From assembly GCF_006345805.1 (NCBI RefSeq), contig NW_021835957.1, forward strand, positions 32,265 to 96,264: a DNA stretch of 64,000 bases, read 5' to 3'. The position numbers were made by a program, and so were the translations under genes. The notes beneath the pieces were generated by a model. That model saw only the letters and a program-made list of their open reading frames with translations. It was not told the DNA's origin and made no database searches. Shown here piece by piece: positions 37,567 to 51,268 of this stretch. The DNA is from Octopus sinensis. Its lineage: Eukaryota. The first letter of the stretch is position 1. Each line of letters opens with the position of its first letter.

Positions 37567-38450
37567 ATCAGATCCTGAAGTGAAAAAAACGAAAAAAAGA
37601 GAAAAACTTTAGATAAGCAATTCATGTGAAACTCGTTTAAAATATGTAATTAAATTATTACCGAATATTTGCTTCCACATGAGAGCAATGATGGTTTTCT
37701 CAAAATGATCGATATAAGTTTCAACAAATAATCGGTTTGTACATAAAACAGTTTATGTAACAGGAGCAAAATGATACACTCGATTATATGATGGAGGGTA
37801 ACAAAATCTATTTTTACAAACACTGTCCTAAAAATGTTTTTTGTTAAAGCAATTCAAAGCAAATTTTGTCATCACCATGTGTGCATGATTCGATACTTAT
37901 GTTTAACAGCAAAAAAAAGATCAACCTAAAACCTCTGCTACACATCGTATTCAATAGCAGGAAGATATTAAACAATACACTTTATACGTCATAATAAAAT
38001 ATCATCAGATTAAAAAAGAATATTTTCACAATACACTGATCAGATCACTTGAAATTAATTACACATGAAGAAAAAAAAAAATTCTGAAATTCAACAGACG
38101 TTAATGTTTTACTCCCAGAATTCAGTTAGAATTAAGAGAAATGTTATGAAACACAACGTTACAAGCAACAGACATCAATTCTTCCTACTGGCAATTTAAG
38201 ATATAAAGTGAAATATTGGACAGAATAGTGATGATTCTATATTCTCTGAAATGTTTGGGTTGTAACGTCATCTTATCACTTCCATCTTATTTTAATCTTA
38301 ACTAGCAATAGCTCACATTTCAAATAAGATTGGTTAAACGAGATAAGTTCATAAACCCTGATAAAACATAACCTGCATATACAATGAATCCACAAGTAGA
38401 GAAGACATTTCAATGCCCAATTCCCTACTCGAGGGTTGTTTATACTGAAT

Positions 38451-38783
38451 TGTTTCAGTAAGCAGAGACGCAATTTTAAATGGATAAATACGCAATAATT
38501 ATAGCAAGCATTTACAAAGATAAATACTAATTGGTAACACAGAAATATAACAAATTAGTGCGACCGGCACTGCAGTGGCTGAAATAATATTCGTCACGAT
38601 GGAAATATAATCATAATGTTTCAGTAAGCAGAGACGCAATTTTAAATGGATAATACGCAATAATTATAGCAAAGCATTTACAAAGATAAATACTAATTGG
38701 TAACCAGAAATATAACAAATTAGTGCGACCGGCACTGCAGTGGCTGAGAAATAAATCGTCACACGATGGAAATATAATAATAA
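38451..38783. repeat. ~166-bp tandem duplication
   Basis: Copies start at 38451 and 38617 and differ mainly by single-base indels. Confidence 0.9.
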
Positions 38784-39298
38784 TAATAATGATGATGAAT
38801 AATAATAATAATGTTTGTTAGATTGACTTAACAGTACATTTAATGATTTTTTGATCGTATCGTAAAGGCAAACCCAGAAAATACAAAGATATTTAACAAA
38901 AGTCGAGTTAAAAAACCAAGAACAGGCCCGCCAACAACGAGCAATCCTCGCGAAACAGTGATTTCATCTCTACGAAGAGAAGCCTCAAAAAGGACAATCG
39001 TAGACAGAAGTCTGTGAGATATATATGGCACTACAGAAGAAGTCATTTACAAACATTATTATGCGATAAAAAAAAAAATTAAATCTAAAATCACTTGACT
39101 TGAAAACAAATCACGTGTAAAGTGCGTAGATAATTTCTGAATGGTAAGAATTCAACAGATTTGGCAAAATTCTCTGAAGAGCATCGGCATCTTAAACGAA
39201 TGCCTTTGCTGTCCTAGCAGAAAAGGTCTGAATTAGAGACAAATACTACATTCATCATGATTAAAAATTTTAAGATTGGTAAATAGATACATGCTTAC

Positions 39299-39390
39299 CG
39301 ACCGTTCGTAGGCCGCCCTGCCAAAAATATTGGAGCCGAGCGCCCAGCTTTGAATTTTTCGCTACTCAGGAGACCTGATATTTTAAAAAT
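39299..39390 (-). other. CSNK2B: Putative non-coding first exon of CSNK2B
   Basis: CpG-rich segment ending in a consensus donor, GGTCG G|GTAAGC (intron starts at 39298 on the minus strand), upstream of the ATG exon. The 5' end is approximate. Confidence 0.6.
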
Positions 39391-39490
39391 ATTTTATATT
39401 TCTAAAAAGATTAGTTTTGAAAAAGAAAAAAAATGCCATATATTTTGGTGGCGAGATTATCATTTTCCCGCCAAACATCACTTCCGTTTG
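39391..39490. promoter_or_regulatory. Bidirectional promoter of CSNK2B and POLE3, with an E2F site (TTTTCCCGCCAAA, 39463-39475) and an ETS site (CACTTCCG, 39479-39486)
   Basis: CpG-retaining region between two divergent donor-terminated exons; motifs read directly from the sequence. Confidence 0.6.
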
Positions 39491-39570
39491 TAAGAAAGAA
39501 ATCTTCTCGTGTGAACTCTATTGATTTCTCTTTCTATTCAACATCCGGGCTCCTGTGCCCCCCCAACACG
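39480..39570 (+). other. POLE3: Putative non-coding first exon of POLE3
   Basis: Ends in a strong donor, CAACACG|GTAAGA (39571). The 5' end is approximate. Confidence 0.5.
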
Positions 39571-42500
39571 GTAAGAAATATATCAAACTTCTTGGTCTAG
39601 GTCGATAAATTTGAATTAGAATTATACAAAATATATGAGGTCAAAGGTTACCGAAAACAACGATACAAATAATCATAGGAACGGCGGTTTTTCGGTTTAT
39701 AAATATTGTGGTAATCTTCTGTAGGCGTTCTTTGTGATGTTTGTTAGAATGGAGATTTCGTTACAAATGATTTCCGCGCACAACACACACACACCAAAGA
39801 GAGGCATATATATGTACACATATAATATACACATGTATTGGCACGTGTGTATATGTGTATGTACGTGTTGTGATTATTATTTATGTTTGTAAGAAAAGGG
39901 TAGTTATATAACATGTCATAAGCACATGACCAAGTGGGATCATGCTAGTTGCCTTACTAACGATGGGTTTTTTTGTTTTTTTTCACTTCTGTTTACCAAT
40001 TTTAAAATGCACAAGCCTTAAATCTTCTTTACAGCGTCTGTTGCCTATTGCGAAAACCATCGCCTACCTATCTTTATAGTTAATGACACGGACGTTAAGG
40101 TAGTCCGATACCAGAAAATTATCGATATTTCTGATCACCACCAATAATTTCGTTGGAATGGCTGTGCAGTGGATAGAAACTGTCGATAATTGCAATTCGT
40201 TATTAGATTAGATAGGAATCGTCTCACAGAAGCAAATACTTCAATACGAAAAAAAAAAATGAAGTAATAAAATAGCAAACGAAATCAGAGATACAATACA
40301 AGTATTATTAAGTGTTTAACACATTTAAAAATATTGGTAAAAAAGTGTTGTTAGTATAGAGTGAAAATATATTGCTTGAGTTCTAAGACAGAGATTTGCT
40401 GGGCTATCTTTAGCAGGCAAAGATATCCACATCAAACTGCATGTGTCTTAATTTAGTACCAAAGAAGACTCCTTCTTAACTTTTTAAATGGAATGTTCAT
40501 ATGTGCTAGGACATAATTTATTAAAAATTCACTGATTAAACGGATTTAGTCATTGCATTGTATCAGCTCAGAAGATTATAGTAGATTATGGTGCCTCTAT
40601 TATAAACTAAAGCATGCAAGACGCAGAGTTTATAATCTAACGCTACTCGCTGCTTCGTATGAGTAATATAAGAGTCATAGAATTTTCATTACTTTGTACT
40701 GTTAACCGATTCTATGGCGCCCTATTTATTGATAGGCTTGTCTTCAAATGAAATTAGTACCCATTTTGTGTGTTTTATTGTTTTACTAACGATTTGAAAT
40801 TTATGAAGGCGGAAAAATGATTTGTCACTACTATAACTGTTACACCAGTTAAAAACATTCATTAATACCTTACTTTGGATAGTCTTCGTACACACACAAC
40901 AAAAAAACAAAACCCCCCGACTTCTACACCTACTTCCAATATTTTCTCTCTCCCTCTTCTTAATGTGTTTTGTGTTCGTGTGACTGTTTCTCAGCGCTGC
41001 CTCTCTTTATCCAGCTGCCCCGTTTATTATAATAGAAATATATAATCTATTGCCGTGGTTGATATGACACAACATTTAAAAAGTAAAATGGTTGATATGA
41101 CACAACATTAAAAAGTAAAAGAATGGGGGTGCAGCTGTTTGGAGGAGAGTGTCTTCGTAAATATTACATTTTACTTACGAAACACTTGGGTATTTTAGTT
41201 TGTGCTTAAGTTTATAGTGGTACACGGTGTATTCTGTTATGGTCCTAGCTTTTGATTTCATACATAGCTGGGGCTTTAGAGTAGCTTGAAACAGACCGTG
41301 TTATTGTGACTAATTGTACAAGAAGGTTAACATTTTAGAGTTTGTTGGCAAAATGCAGTGAACGTCGTTTACATAAAAATAGTAAGGTAACGATGGATAC
41401 TATTATGATAATCAGCAGAATATATAAGGTGTAGCTTAGACAATAGAAGAGTGTTATCTAGCTAAAGCTAAGCATGATTTATAAATGTAAAAAATAATGA
41501 TCATAAGGTAGATGGTGTGTTTAGCCTCTTATTGACAGATGAAATTAACTCCTCTATGAAAAGACACCAATCAGTCCTGGACAGATTTGTTAAAGTTGAC
41601 CTTTTAAAAGAAAACTTCACAGCTTGTTTAACTGATCCTTAGGGCAAAACGTAGCACTGTCAAAGTTAGCTGATCCACATTTGATATATCTGGAATTAGA
41701 ATCCAGTAGACTGGATCCAACCAGTTAATGAATTCCTCATGTTTTAAAGGTATGATTTTATCCCTCGTGTTGTGTTTACATGTGTGTATGCCCCTCACAA
41801 TCTCTCTCTCTTCTCATTCACAGTATTCACCTCTTGGCAAGACACCTATTCCTCTGTCATACTTTAGGGGGTGTATGAGTACTTGGTGATTTCACTATGT
41901 CAGCACTGAAAAAAGCCACCATGGGCCCTCTGAAGTGCTTGGCATTCAGCTGTTGAAACCATGCCAAAGCAGATACTGGAGCTTATTGCATCCCTGTAGC
42001 ATCTTGGTTCTCCCAGACCATCCAATCTATGCCAGCATGGTAAAAAGTATTAAATGATGATAATGATATACATAACATAGATAAGTGGGTTAACAAGTTT
42101 AATCTACATTATGAGGTCTTGGTTCAATCCCATTGCATGGCACCTTGAACAAATATCTTTTACTATAGGTTTGGGTCAACCCAATCTTTGAATGACATTG
42201 AGAGGGGAAACTGTCTAAGCCCATCAGATAAATAGCATCTGTAACTCAAACGTCCAGCCTTTTCACATAGTTATGCTGATTCTACATGGGAATTATGTTA
42301 AGAGCACCTGTCCCCCTGGAATACTCAACCATTTGCATGTTAATTCAATGGGGTAGACTGTCCAGGTAATTAAATGACAAACCAACAAAAGGATCCACTG
42401 TCATAATTATGTCTTGTACTATGAGTAAAATGAAAGCTTATTGAATACAGTCTCCTACCAGCTTTGTGTGATTCAAAACTGATGGTAGATTCCTCAACCA

Positions 42501-45500
42501 TCTGTTTAGCTTATGAAGTAGCATGGTAACTTTCAACAATGTCTTCAGTAATATATGATCAGTATCCCAGCATATGAACCTCAAAATCATTATCTCTGTA
42601 CAGATGTGATGGATTAACTCGGTTTAAACTGGTTTGTCACAACAATAGATGACATCATCCTCATCAATATCATGCTTTAATGTTCACTTTTCTATGCTTT
42701 ATGGTTTGATGGTGTTGTTGAGACAGACTTCTATGGTTGGGTGCCCTTCCTGTCACCAACCCTCACCTGTTTCCAAGTAAGGTAATATTTCTGTTATCAC
42801 AGAGTATTGGAAATGAATGACAGCTTGTATAATATCGCTCATTTACAACTATCAATATCAAGACAAAATGTGTGAAACACACACATAATATATACACACA
42901 CACAAACACAACAGGCACAAGTAATATACACAGCTAGCCTCTTTGTTTCCATCTAAGAAATCCACTTATGAGGTTTTTGGTTGGTCCAGGTCTATAAAAA
43001 CTTGTCCAAGGCGCCAGGCAGTGGGGACTGAACCCAAGACATGTGGTTGTGAAACATTTTTTTGAACCATGCAGCCACACCTGCACTTTTATATGATAGT
43101 TTGTGTGTTATATGCACTAAACAAATATAACTGCTTAAGTTGTACATTATTTGATAATAATCATTCCCTGTTATTTTACACATTGCTGATGTCATCATCC
43201 CATATGTGGCATCACTGCAAGCATTCATGTCAACTTTGGCACACTACGTGTGTCTTAAACTGAACAGGTCTCTTGTGTACAAGTTCCTTCACTGTTTACA
43301 TTCATTACTTAAAACCCTTTTAATACCAACCTGTCAAAGACCACTTCTGGTTCCAGGAAAGAAAACTCTTATTTTTAAAATCTTCTGTTTAAGTAATAGC
43401 TCTGTTTTCTTAAAGCAATATTCCAAAATACTAACCTTATAACCAACATGTTTGTCACTTTGTGATATTCCTACTAATAGCTGATTATTTTCAAATTCAA
43501 TTGTAAAGTGTCATCAGTGATGGTGTTAGAAATAAGGACATGAAAGAATCTAATGTCTACAATTTATTCTACTTGTTCCTGTTGACATCTATGGGCTGTT
43601 TCTGTTGACATTCAACTTGTTCCCCATTGACATCTATGGCAATTTGACAAAAGTTTGCTTTGTATCTATGAAGTTCCAGGTTGAAAAATCTTATGCTTGG
43701 TCTCTTGACCAAGTAGGTTTTTTTTTTACTGTAGTCTCAGATCATCTGGCATCTTATGTGGAAATTTTGATGTCTAAGAAATTGTGCATATGTCAAATTA
43801 TATTTGTCTGTATGTATTAGTGTTCAGTGATGCAAACACAATTTGAATAGATATACCTTGTAGTATAAGTATTGCCTCCTTCATCTGGTTGACTCAACTT
43901 TGTCCTCTTCAAAAGTTGATAATAAAACATCAACATACTGAAGTTGACATAGTCTTCTAAAAAACCTCAAAGGTGTTACCAGTATGGTTACATTGCATAA
44001 TTGAAATCTGTAAAGAAAGATTTTTTTAAAACAGGTTAACTATTAAATATTTCCAATTATCCAAAACTAGTCTTCAGCTTTTGTTGATCACAATGTGGTT
44101 CAATTGTATGCATTATAGGCACTTACTGTGCACACACGGGTTGTAATACTTGCACATTAAAATTAAGTCCCAACATGTATATTCTTGTGTGTTATACTTT
44201 GCCATTTCTCAGTTGTCCCTATTGTCAATTAGTAATCAGTTAATCCCTAGCTTCATTTATTAGGGCTAGTAATATTTATACATAATTTATTTTCCAAAAT
44301 CCTTCATACACTTATTACTTTCGTCACTGAGGCTATTTCTCTAATTCTCATATATCGTTTCATGCAGGACTGCCAAGTATAGAGTAGATTTGTTATTACT
44401 TTTGAAAGTGGTAGATTGGCAAAATCAGAAAGCATCAGGAAAATGCTGTAGGTTATTTGTTCTGGGCTCTTTGCATTCTGTGTTCAGATCTTACAAGGTC
44501 AGCTTTGCCTTTAATTCTTTCAGGGTCAGTAAATAAAGTTACAGTTAAGTACTGGGCCAGTCATCATTAATGTCCTTTTCCTTGATGGCATGAGTGGGAC
44601 AGTCCAACAGGAACCAACCAGCCAGATGACTGTGCTCAGTTTCAATGCCTGCCCTTCCTAATGCTAACCACTTTACAATGTACTGGGCGCTTTTTCCGTA
44701 GCACTGGCACTGTCACCAAGTACTCATCTCAACTAATGAAATATAGTTCTGAAGGAGGCAAAAACATGAAAGAAGGCGGGAACATATTTTTACTTTTTTC
44801 AATATCATACCCCGATGTTATCAGTAATCTCTTCCCACTAAATTGCGGGTCTTGTATCAAATTAGCAGATGGTTGGGAATATTTAATAATGTAGTCACAC
44901 AATAGTTCAAATTTTCTAGCCAATGTATTGGTACTCCTCAACAAGGTGCTTATTTCACTCACTATGAACCTCTTTGTGCTTAATAGTACAGCAGTAAAAA
45001 TATAATATTGTTCCAAAAATAAAAACTATTATTGTCAGCTTTCTTCATTATTCCTATCTAGTAGGAGTATAGTATTAAGTTTTGTTATCTATGCCCTCTA
45101 CATTATTTAGGTTTTGGTGTACTCGGTCAGTTGGTTTACCGTGACCCTTTATAAATTTCTATTGCATAATGTAATTTTACCTACCTGTAGTAGTATATAT
45201 AGAGTATATGGTTGGCATATTGTAGACAACTCAGTTGCAATGTATAAATATTAAAAATAGTATCTTTGCAAGATGTACTTTGATCTATGAACCTCTGGGT
45301 TATGGGCCCAGCATGCTTTCACTGTGCCACTCTGCTCAGCGGATACTTTAGCAATATACGATGTATTACTTTTATTGTCTGTTCTGAGTTACATTACTTC
45401 TATGCATCATTCATCATATGATGTTTTTATTTCTATACTTGGATTCTGTCAAATGTATGAAATATAGTAATACATACTAATACCTGTAGAAGCACTGGAT

Positions 45501-45830
45501 GTTAATGTAATTACAGAAGGTGACATTCATTCTGTTGATATTCCAAGAGTTAGGCATTTCACAAACTACATGCATAGATCTATGCATTGCAAATTTTTCT
45601 TGGTGTCCCTTCTTGCCTTCATTGCCATTTTCAGGTCAACCAGAAGTAAACTACCTCCATAAATTCCCCCAGCACTTGCTTAGCAAGTGGGCTGTTCTTT
45701 TATTAAACTACTCTATTATATTGTCATTTCAGCTCCTAGGAATCTGTAGCCTTATTTCTCTATCTTGAGTCCTATACAGAATGCTAATATGCAGTTTGTT
45801 TGCAGGTAAACATTGATGCCCTAGTGTACA

Positions 45831-45895
45831 ATGGCAGAGCGACCTGAAGATCTAAATTTGCCAAATGCTGTTATTACAAGAATTATCAGGAAGCC
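45831..45895 (+). CDS. POLE3: DNA polymerase epsilon subunit 3 / CHRAC17, first coding exon ([22 protein letters not shown] with one A restored)
   Basis: Acceptor tttgcag at 45805, ATG at 45831, donor GCC|gtgagt. It is 65 nt against the expected 66 (ATCAGGAAGCC instead of ATCAAGGAAGCC). Confidence 0.93.
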
Positions 45896-46676
45896 GTGAG
45901 TTATTCATACTTAACATTTTCATGTGATGCTTATTTCTTTATACAATTATATTTTATGTCCTTCTCCAATCAGCCAGTGTCACAATAATAATATTAAAAA
46001 ATAGGATTTGAATTTTGAGTCAGGCATTGTGAAGTAATTTTTCATTAATACTTAATGAAATGGATGTGACCCTGGTGGTAAAAAGCTTGCTTCCCAACAA
46101 CAAGGTTCCGGGTTCAGTCCCGCAGCATGGCAACCTGTGCAAGTGTCTTCTAATGTAGCTTGGGCTGACCAAAGCCTTGTGAGTGGATTTGGTAGATGGA
46201 ACTGAAGAAGCCTGTGTGTATGTATATATATCATCACGTTTAATGTCCATTTTCCATGTGGCATGTGTTGGATGGTTGACTGATGTCTGGAAGCCAGCGA
46301 CCCTCACCAGGCTCCAATCTGATCTTGGCAACTGTTTCACCAGATGGAGTGCCCCTTCCTAATGCCAACCACCAAAAAGGGCACTATCTCTTGGTACGCT
46401 GGGTGCCATCTAAACATTTCATTTGCCTCTTGACATCAGGCAATAAAATTCACTACATCTGTTGTGTTTGGGTCTCACTCATAGATGTGCGGTCAATGAT
46501 GGATCTGCTTGCACGTGGTCTGCTCGCTACAACACTCTTAGCTTCTCTGGACACGGACATGTTATAAGCTTAGTATTAAGAATACTTTTTTTTTTTTATT
46601 TTTTGTTTCACTCATTCAGACCGTGACCATACTTGGTGGGACACTGCATGAAGTGTTAGTCAAATAAATTGGCCCC

Positions 46677-48250
46677 AATACTTATTTTATTGGTCTCTTT
46701 TTCACAAAACTGCTACGTACAGTATGTAACAAAACACAAACAGCTGTCAAAGCAGTGGTGGCAGAGGACACACACACAAGTGCATATACACTCAGCAGGC
46801 TTCCATACATTTCAGTCTACCAAATTTATTCACAAGGCATTTGGTATTGCCTGTGACTATAGTAGACCACTTGCCCTTGGTGCCATGTGTAGGACTGAAC
46901 CAGGAACTACTTGCTTGCAAAGTGAATTTCTTAACCACCAAACCACAAAATTTTTGAGGAAATCTGTAAAGAACTTAATATTGTCGCCATTTACTGCTGG
47001 TGGATCTGGTTTATTTATTGGAGCAATTGATTTTGACAGCATGGTATGTCGTTCCTACTGCTAGCCACTTAGAACTGATGAAGGATCTTCTCTGCAACTT
47101 AGTGGTCTTCTAGAAATAGTAACAGATGCTGTCTCTAACATTCACTACTACCTTTAAAAGGAAGGTCATATTGGATAATGTAGTATGAACTATACTATAG
47201 CTGGAAGGAACTAAGATGAGATGGTCGTGGTTGGAGTGCTTAGTCAGATCTAATCAATATAGTAATCAAACTTCATGGGAGTGAGTATGGTATTGATGAC
47301 CGTGGCTGTAGAAGGGAATGCTGCTGTGGACAGATTAGCACAATCAATCGAGAGTTATGTACCCTTCTTCACAATCCTCTGCAGGAGTTCTTTTACTCTA
47401 TTCAGTCACGTGACTGGGCATGCTGGAGCACTGCCGTTAGCGAGCAAATTGACCCCCAGACAGAACTTATTCTTTTTAAACCTAGTACTTCAATACTTAT
47501 TTTATTGGTCTCTTTTTCCCAAACTGCTACGTTACAGTAGTGTAAACAAAACAACAACAGCTGTCAAGCAGTGGTGGGCAGAGGACAAACACAAAGTGCA
47601 TATACACTCAGCAGGCTTCCATACAGTTTCAGTCTACCAAATTATTTCACAAGGCATTTGGTATTGCCTGTGACTATAGTAGACACTTGCCCTTGGTGCC
47701 ATGTAGTAGGACCTGAACCAGGAACTACTTGCTTGCAAAGTGAATTTCTTAACCACCCAACCACAAAATTTTTGAGGAAATCTGTAAAGAACTTAAATTA
47801 TTTTCGCCATTACTGCTTGGGTGGATCTGGTTTATTATTGGAGGCAATTGATTTTGACAGCATGGCATGGTCTAGAAATAGTAACCAGAGCTGTCTCTAG
47901 ACATTCACTACTACCTTTTAAAAGGAAGGTCATATTGGATAATGTAGTATGAACTATACTATATCTGGAAATAAAGATGAGATGGTCGTGGTTGGAGTGC
48001 TTTCAGTCAGATCTAATCAATGAGTAATCAACTTCATGGGAGTGAGTAGGTCTTGATGCCCGTGGCTGTAGAAGGGAATGCTGCCTGTGACAGATTAGCA
48101 CAATCAATCGAGAGTTATGTACCCTTCTTCACAATCACACTTGCAGGAGTTCTTTTACTCTATTCAGTCACGTGACTGTGGCCATGCTGGAGCACTGCCG
48201 TTAGTCGAGCAAATTGACCCCCAGAACTTATTCTTTTTAAACCTAGTACT
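46677..48250. repeat. ~815-bp tandem duplication in a POLE3 intron
   Basis: AATACTTATTTTATTGGTCTCTTTT recurs at ~46677 and ~47491. The copies differ by many indels, and a ~45-bp block is present only in copy 1. Confidence 0.88.
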
Positions 48251-48500
48251 TATTCTATCGGTTTCTTTTGCCGAACCGCCAAGTTATGGGGACGTAAACA
48301 CCAGCATCAGTTGTCAAGCAATGTTGTGGTGACAAACACACATACATATGTACGACGGGCTTATTTCCGTCTACCAAATCCACTCACAAGGCTTTGGTTG
48401 GCCTGAGGCTATAGTAGAAGACAACTTGCCCAAGGTGCCACACAGTGGGACTGAACCCGGAACCATGTGGTTGGTAAGCAAGCTACTTACCACACAGCAT
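48145..48500 (-). mobile_element. Same SINE family
   Basis: Head and tail match. Confidence 0.8.
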
Positions 48501-48879
48501 CTCCTACGCTGTTAATTTTTTTTCATTCATCATTTAATGTCTGCCTTCCACACTGGCATGGGTTGGACTATATACTCCAAAATCTGATCTTGCGACCATT
48601 TGGTCCACAAGTCCAGTTGTTTACTCTCGAAGTTATTGCATTTCGTTGAGACAGCTGTAGCCATGTAGTTAGGAAGTTTACATGATTCAGGTTTCATTTC
48701 TATTGCACTCCACATTTTGAGTGAAAACTGGGTTGTCAGAAATGATGTAGAAACTTCCAAACTGAAACTATACTATCACCTGGATTTAACATTTAAAAAA
48801 TATATATAAGCATCAAGATTTTCCTGTATTTTTGTTCTAGTTACTAATGAAACCAAAATAACAGTAGTGAAGTGTTTAT

Positions 48880-49220
48880 TCTCTTTTACTCTTTTACTTG
48901 TTTCAGTCATTTGACTGCGGCCATGCTGGAGCACCGCCTTTAGTCGAGCAATTCGACCCCGGGACTTATTCTTTGAAACCCCAGTACTTATTCTATTGGT
49001 CATTTTTTTGCCGAACCGCTAAGTGACGGGGAAAACGTAAACACAGACACACACATACACGCACACACATACATATATACGATGGGCTTCTTTCAGTTTC
49101 TGTCTACCAAATCCACTCACAAGGCATTGGTCGGCCCGGGGCTATAGCAGAAGACACTTGCCCAAGATGCCACGCAGTGGGACTGAACCCGGAACCATGT
49201 GGTTGGTTAGCAAGCTACTT
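48880..49220 (-). mobile_element. Young copy of the same SINE family
   Basis: Head and tail match. Confidence 0.85.
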
Positions 49221-49314
49221 ACCACACAGCCACTCCTGCGCCTATTCTGTTTATACAACACAATTTTGTCTAGCTGCTGTGGTTGGTTGTGCTCAAAACA
49301 TGGCATACTATCAC

Positions 49315-49950
49315 ATCATCATCATCGTTTTACGTCCGCTTTCCATACTGGCATGGGTTGGACGGTTTGACTGAGGACTGGTGAGCCAGAAGCTGCACCA
49401 GGCTTAGTCTGATCTGGCAAAGTTTCTACAGCTTAATGCCCTTCCTAATGCCAACCACTCTGAGAGTGTAGTGGGTGCTTTTACATGCCATTAGCATGAG
49501 GGCCAGTCAGGCGGTACTGGCAACAACCACACTCAAAAGCTGTTTTTACGTGCTACCTGCACAGGAGCCAGTCCGTGGCACTGGCGATGACCACATTGAA
49601 ATGTTTTTCACGTGCCAGTAAAGTGATGCTGACAACAATCATGCTCGAATGGTGCTTTTCACATGTCACTGGCACAGGAACCAAACCACGGTCCTGTCAA
49701 CAGTCAGGTTCAGATATGTTTTTAACATTCCACTCGCATGAGTGCCAATCAGGCGGTACTGTCAGTGATTTTGATTTGTTTACACTTGCCTCAGTAGGTC
49801 TTCGCAAGCAAAGTCCATTGTCCAATGAATGAGGAGTACTCATAAGTGGTCTGGTTACACCCTACATCAGGCAGTACTATCATCGACCAGCAATTTTGAT
49901 TTGATTTCACTTGTCTCAATGTCGTCACAAGCAAGGTTTATTGTCCATGG
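49315..49950 (-). mobile_element. RTE LINE 3' UTR/tail; shorter tails at ~36800-37095, ~59660-59830, ~46230-46400, ~32440-32620, ~31370-31500 (-) and ~33510-33710, ~41900-42070, ~55020-55190 (+)
   Basis: Shared CATCATCATCGTTT.ACGTCCG.TTTCCATG..GGCATGGGTTGGACGG block. Confidence 0.75.
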
Positions 49951-50762
49951 TTATACAAAATATTAACAGAGTGTAGCAATATTACTCATTGGTTTGCCAC
50001 ATTTGAAATGCAGGCTAACATTACATGTTGGTTGCACAAAATCCTAGTAACAGGATGCAGGAATGTTACTCTTTGATTTTGCTGTGGTTTGTCATTATTG
50101 AAACGCTGTTCTTTGGCTACCTTTCGTGGAGTCCACTCTGCCAGCATTTAGACTGTTGATCTGGTCTGAAGTCCTAAGTTGATTCTCTCACACACCTGCT
50201 TTTTTAATGTAGTGACCCATTCTACCACCAGTCTTGGAAGTATTTAATCAGGGCTGTGCCTACCTTGAATAAAATAGATTAAAAGCAACATTTTCCTCAC
50301 ATGGCAAAATATGCACCTAATTCAATAAAATTATGATTGTTAGTCTGATTACTATGCATAAAATGCAAACTATTTTATTATTTTGTAGATTAGGTAGGCA
50401 TAATTCACCCCTGCTTTTCAATCTCAGTATTTAAACTATACATAGTACTGCTGTGGTACACATACTGCATACACTTCTACAACACTATTTTCATTACATG
50501 CTATAAAGGCAGAGGTAGGTCTGCCTTCAACTTAGTCGTGAACCGTGTTTCACTCTTTTTTTTTTTTGTGTTTTACTACATGAAGGTCACCAACTGCCTA
50601 CTCGGAGTAATTACTGATGGCACGTGCCTGTATTTAATCCTCTATGCCGTGGAAATGGTAAATTTAGATCATAGTCCTTTAACATGTAAACCGTAAACTG
50701 GTCATAGCAAAAATTAGCAGTCATATTGAAATATCAAAGCTATGTGATCAACCATGATTAAT

Positions 50763-50980
50763 TTAACCCTTTAGTGTTCGCATTATTCTGCCAAAATTAA
50801 TGCTTTTTTATCCACATTGTTTTGAACTAATCAGGCATTATCTTGTAGCTATGAGGTAGCTGTTAATTTTTAAAAGGACATTGTAGGGTCGGTGTGAGAG
50901 GCCAGATCTGGCCAGTTTGAACATAAAACAGGCTGAATACTTTTGGCCGGATATGACTGGTTTAAATGCTAAAGGGTTAA
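50763..50980. mobile_element. piggyBac-like MITE, second complete copy
   Basis: TTAACCCTTTAG...AATGCTAAAGGGTTAA. Confidence 0.8.
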
Positions 50981-51085
50981 AACAATCTAAATAGATAAAC
51001 ATATTTGATAGTAATCTCAATGCTGAAAGACTAACATTTGTTGGAGGTAATTTCATCTCTTTATTCCACTATATTCTTTTTTCAG

Positions 51086-51171
51086 ATACCTGATGGTGTA
51101 AATGTATCAAAAGAGGCTCGATTAGCCATTTCCAAAGCAGCCAGTGTTTTTGTTCTCTATGCTACATCTTG
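51086..51171 (+). CDS. POLE3: POLE3 exon ([28 protein letters not shown])
   Basis: 86 nt, ttcag|...TG|gtaagc; histone-fold sequence. Confidence 0.96.
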
Positions 51172-51268
51172 GTAAGCATTGTATCAGATGTTTGTCTTAT
51201 TTGTTATTTATTTTCCCATTTCCAGCCCACTGCCTTATGAACCTGAAACTCTTTCTTTACTGTTTCAG

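Noticed and set aside
38843-39020. Plus-strand basic ~55-codon reading frame (DRIVKANPENTK...VDRSL*) in CSNK2B intron 1
   Set aside because: No in-frame ATG as assembled, no recognisable homology and no clear splice sites. The CpG content is explained by closeness to the promoter.
22451-39390. CSNK2B as a pseudogene
   Set aside because: Near-perfect amino-acid conservation, intact splice sites and promoter. Indels of the same type occur in POLE3 and in duplicated segments, pointing to sequencing error.
40081-40140. Possible C/D snoRNA, and a GACACGGACGTT 12-mer shared with ~12725
   Set aside because: No proper RUGAUGA box or terminal stem; a single short match is compatible with chance or an old repeat.
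41300-45700. Assorted 60-150 aa ORFs in the track across introns and intergenic DNA
   Set aside because: They map to SINE or RTE fragments or low-complexity DNA, with no splice or homology support.
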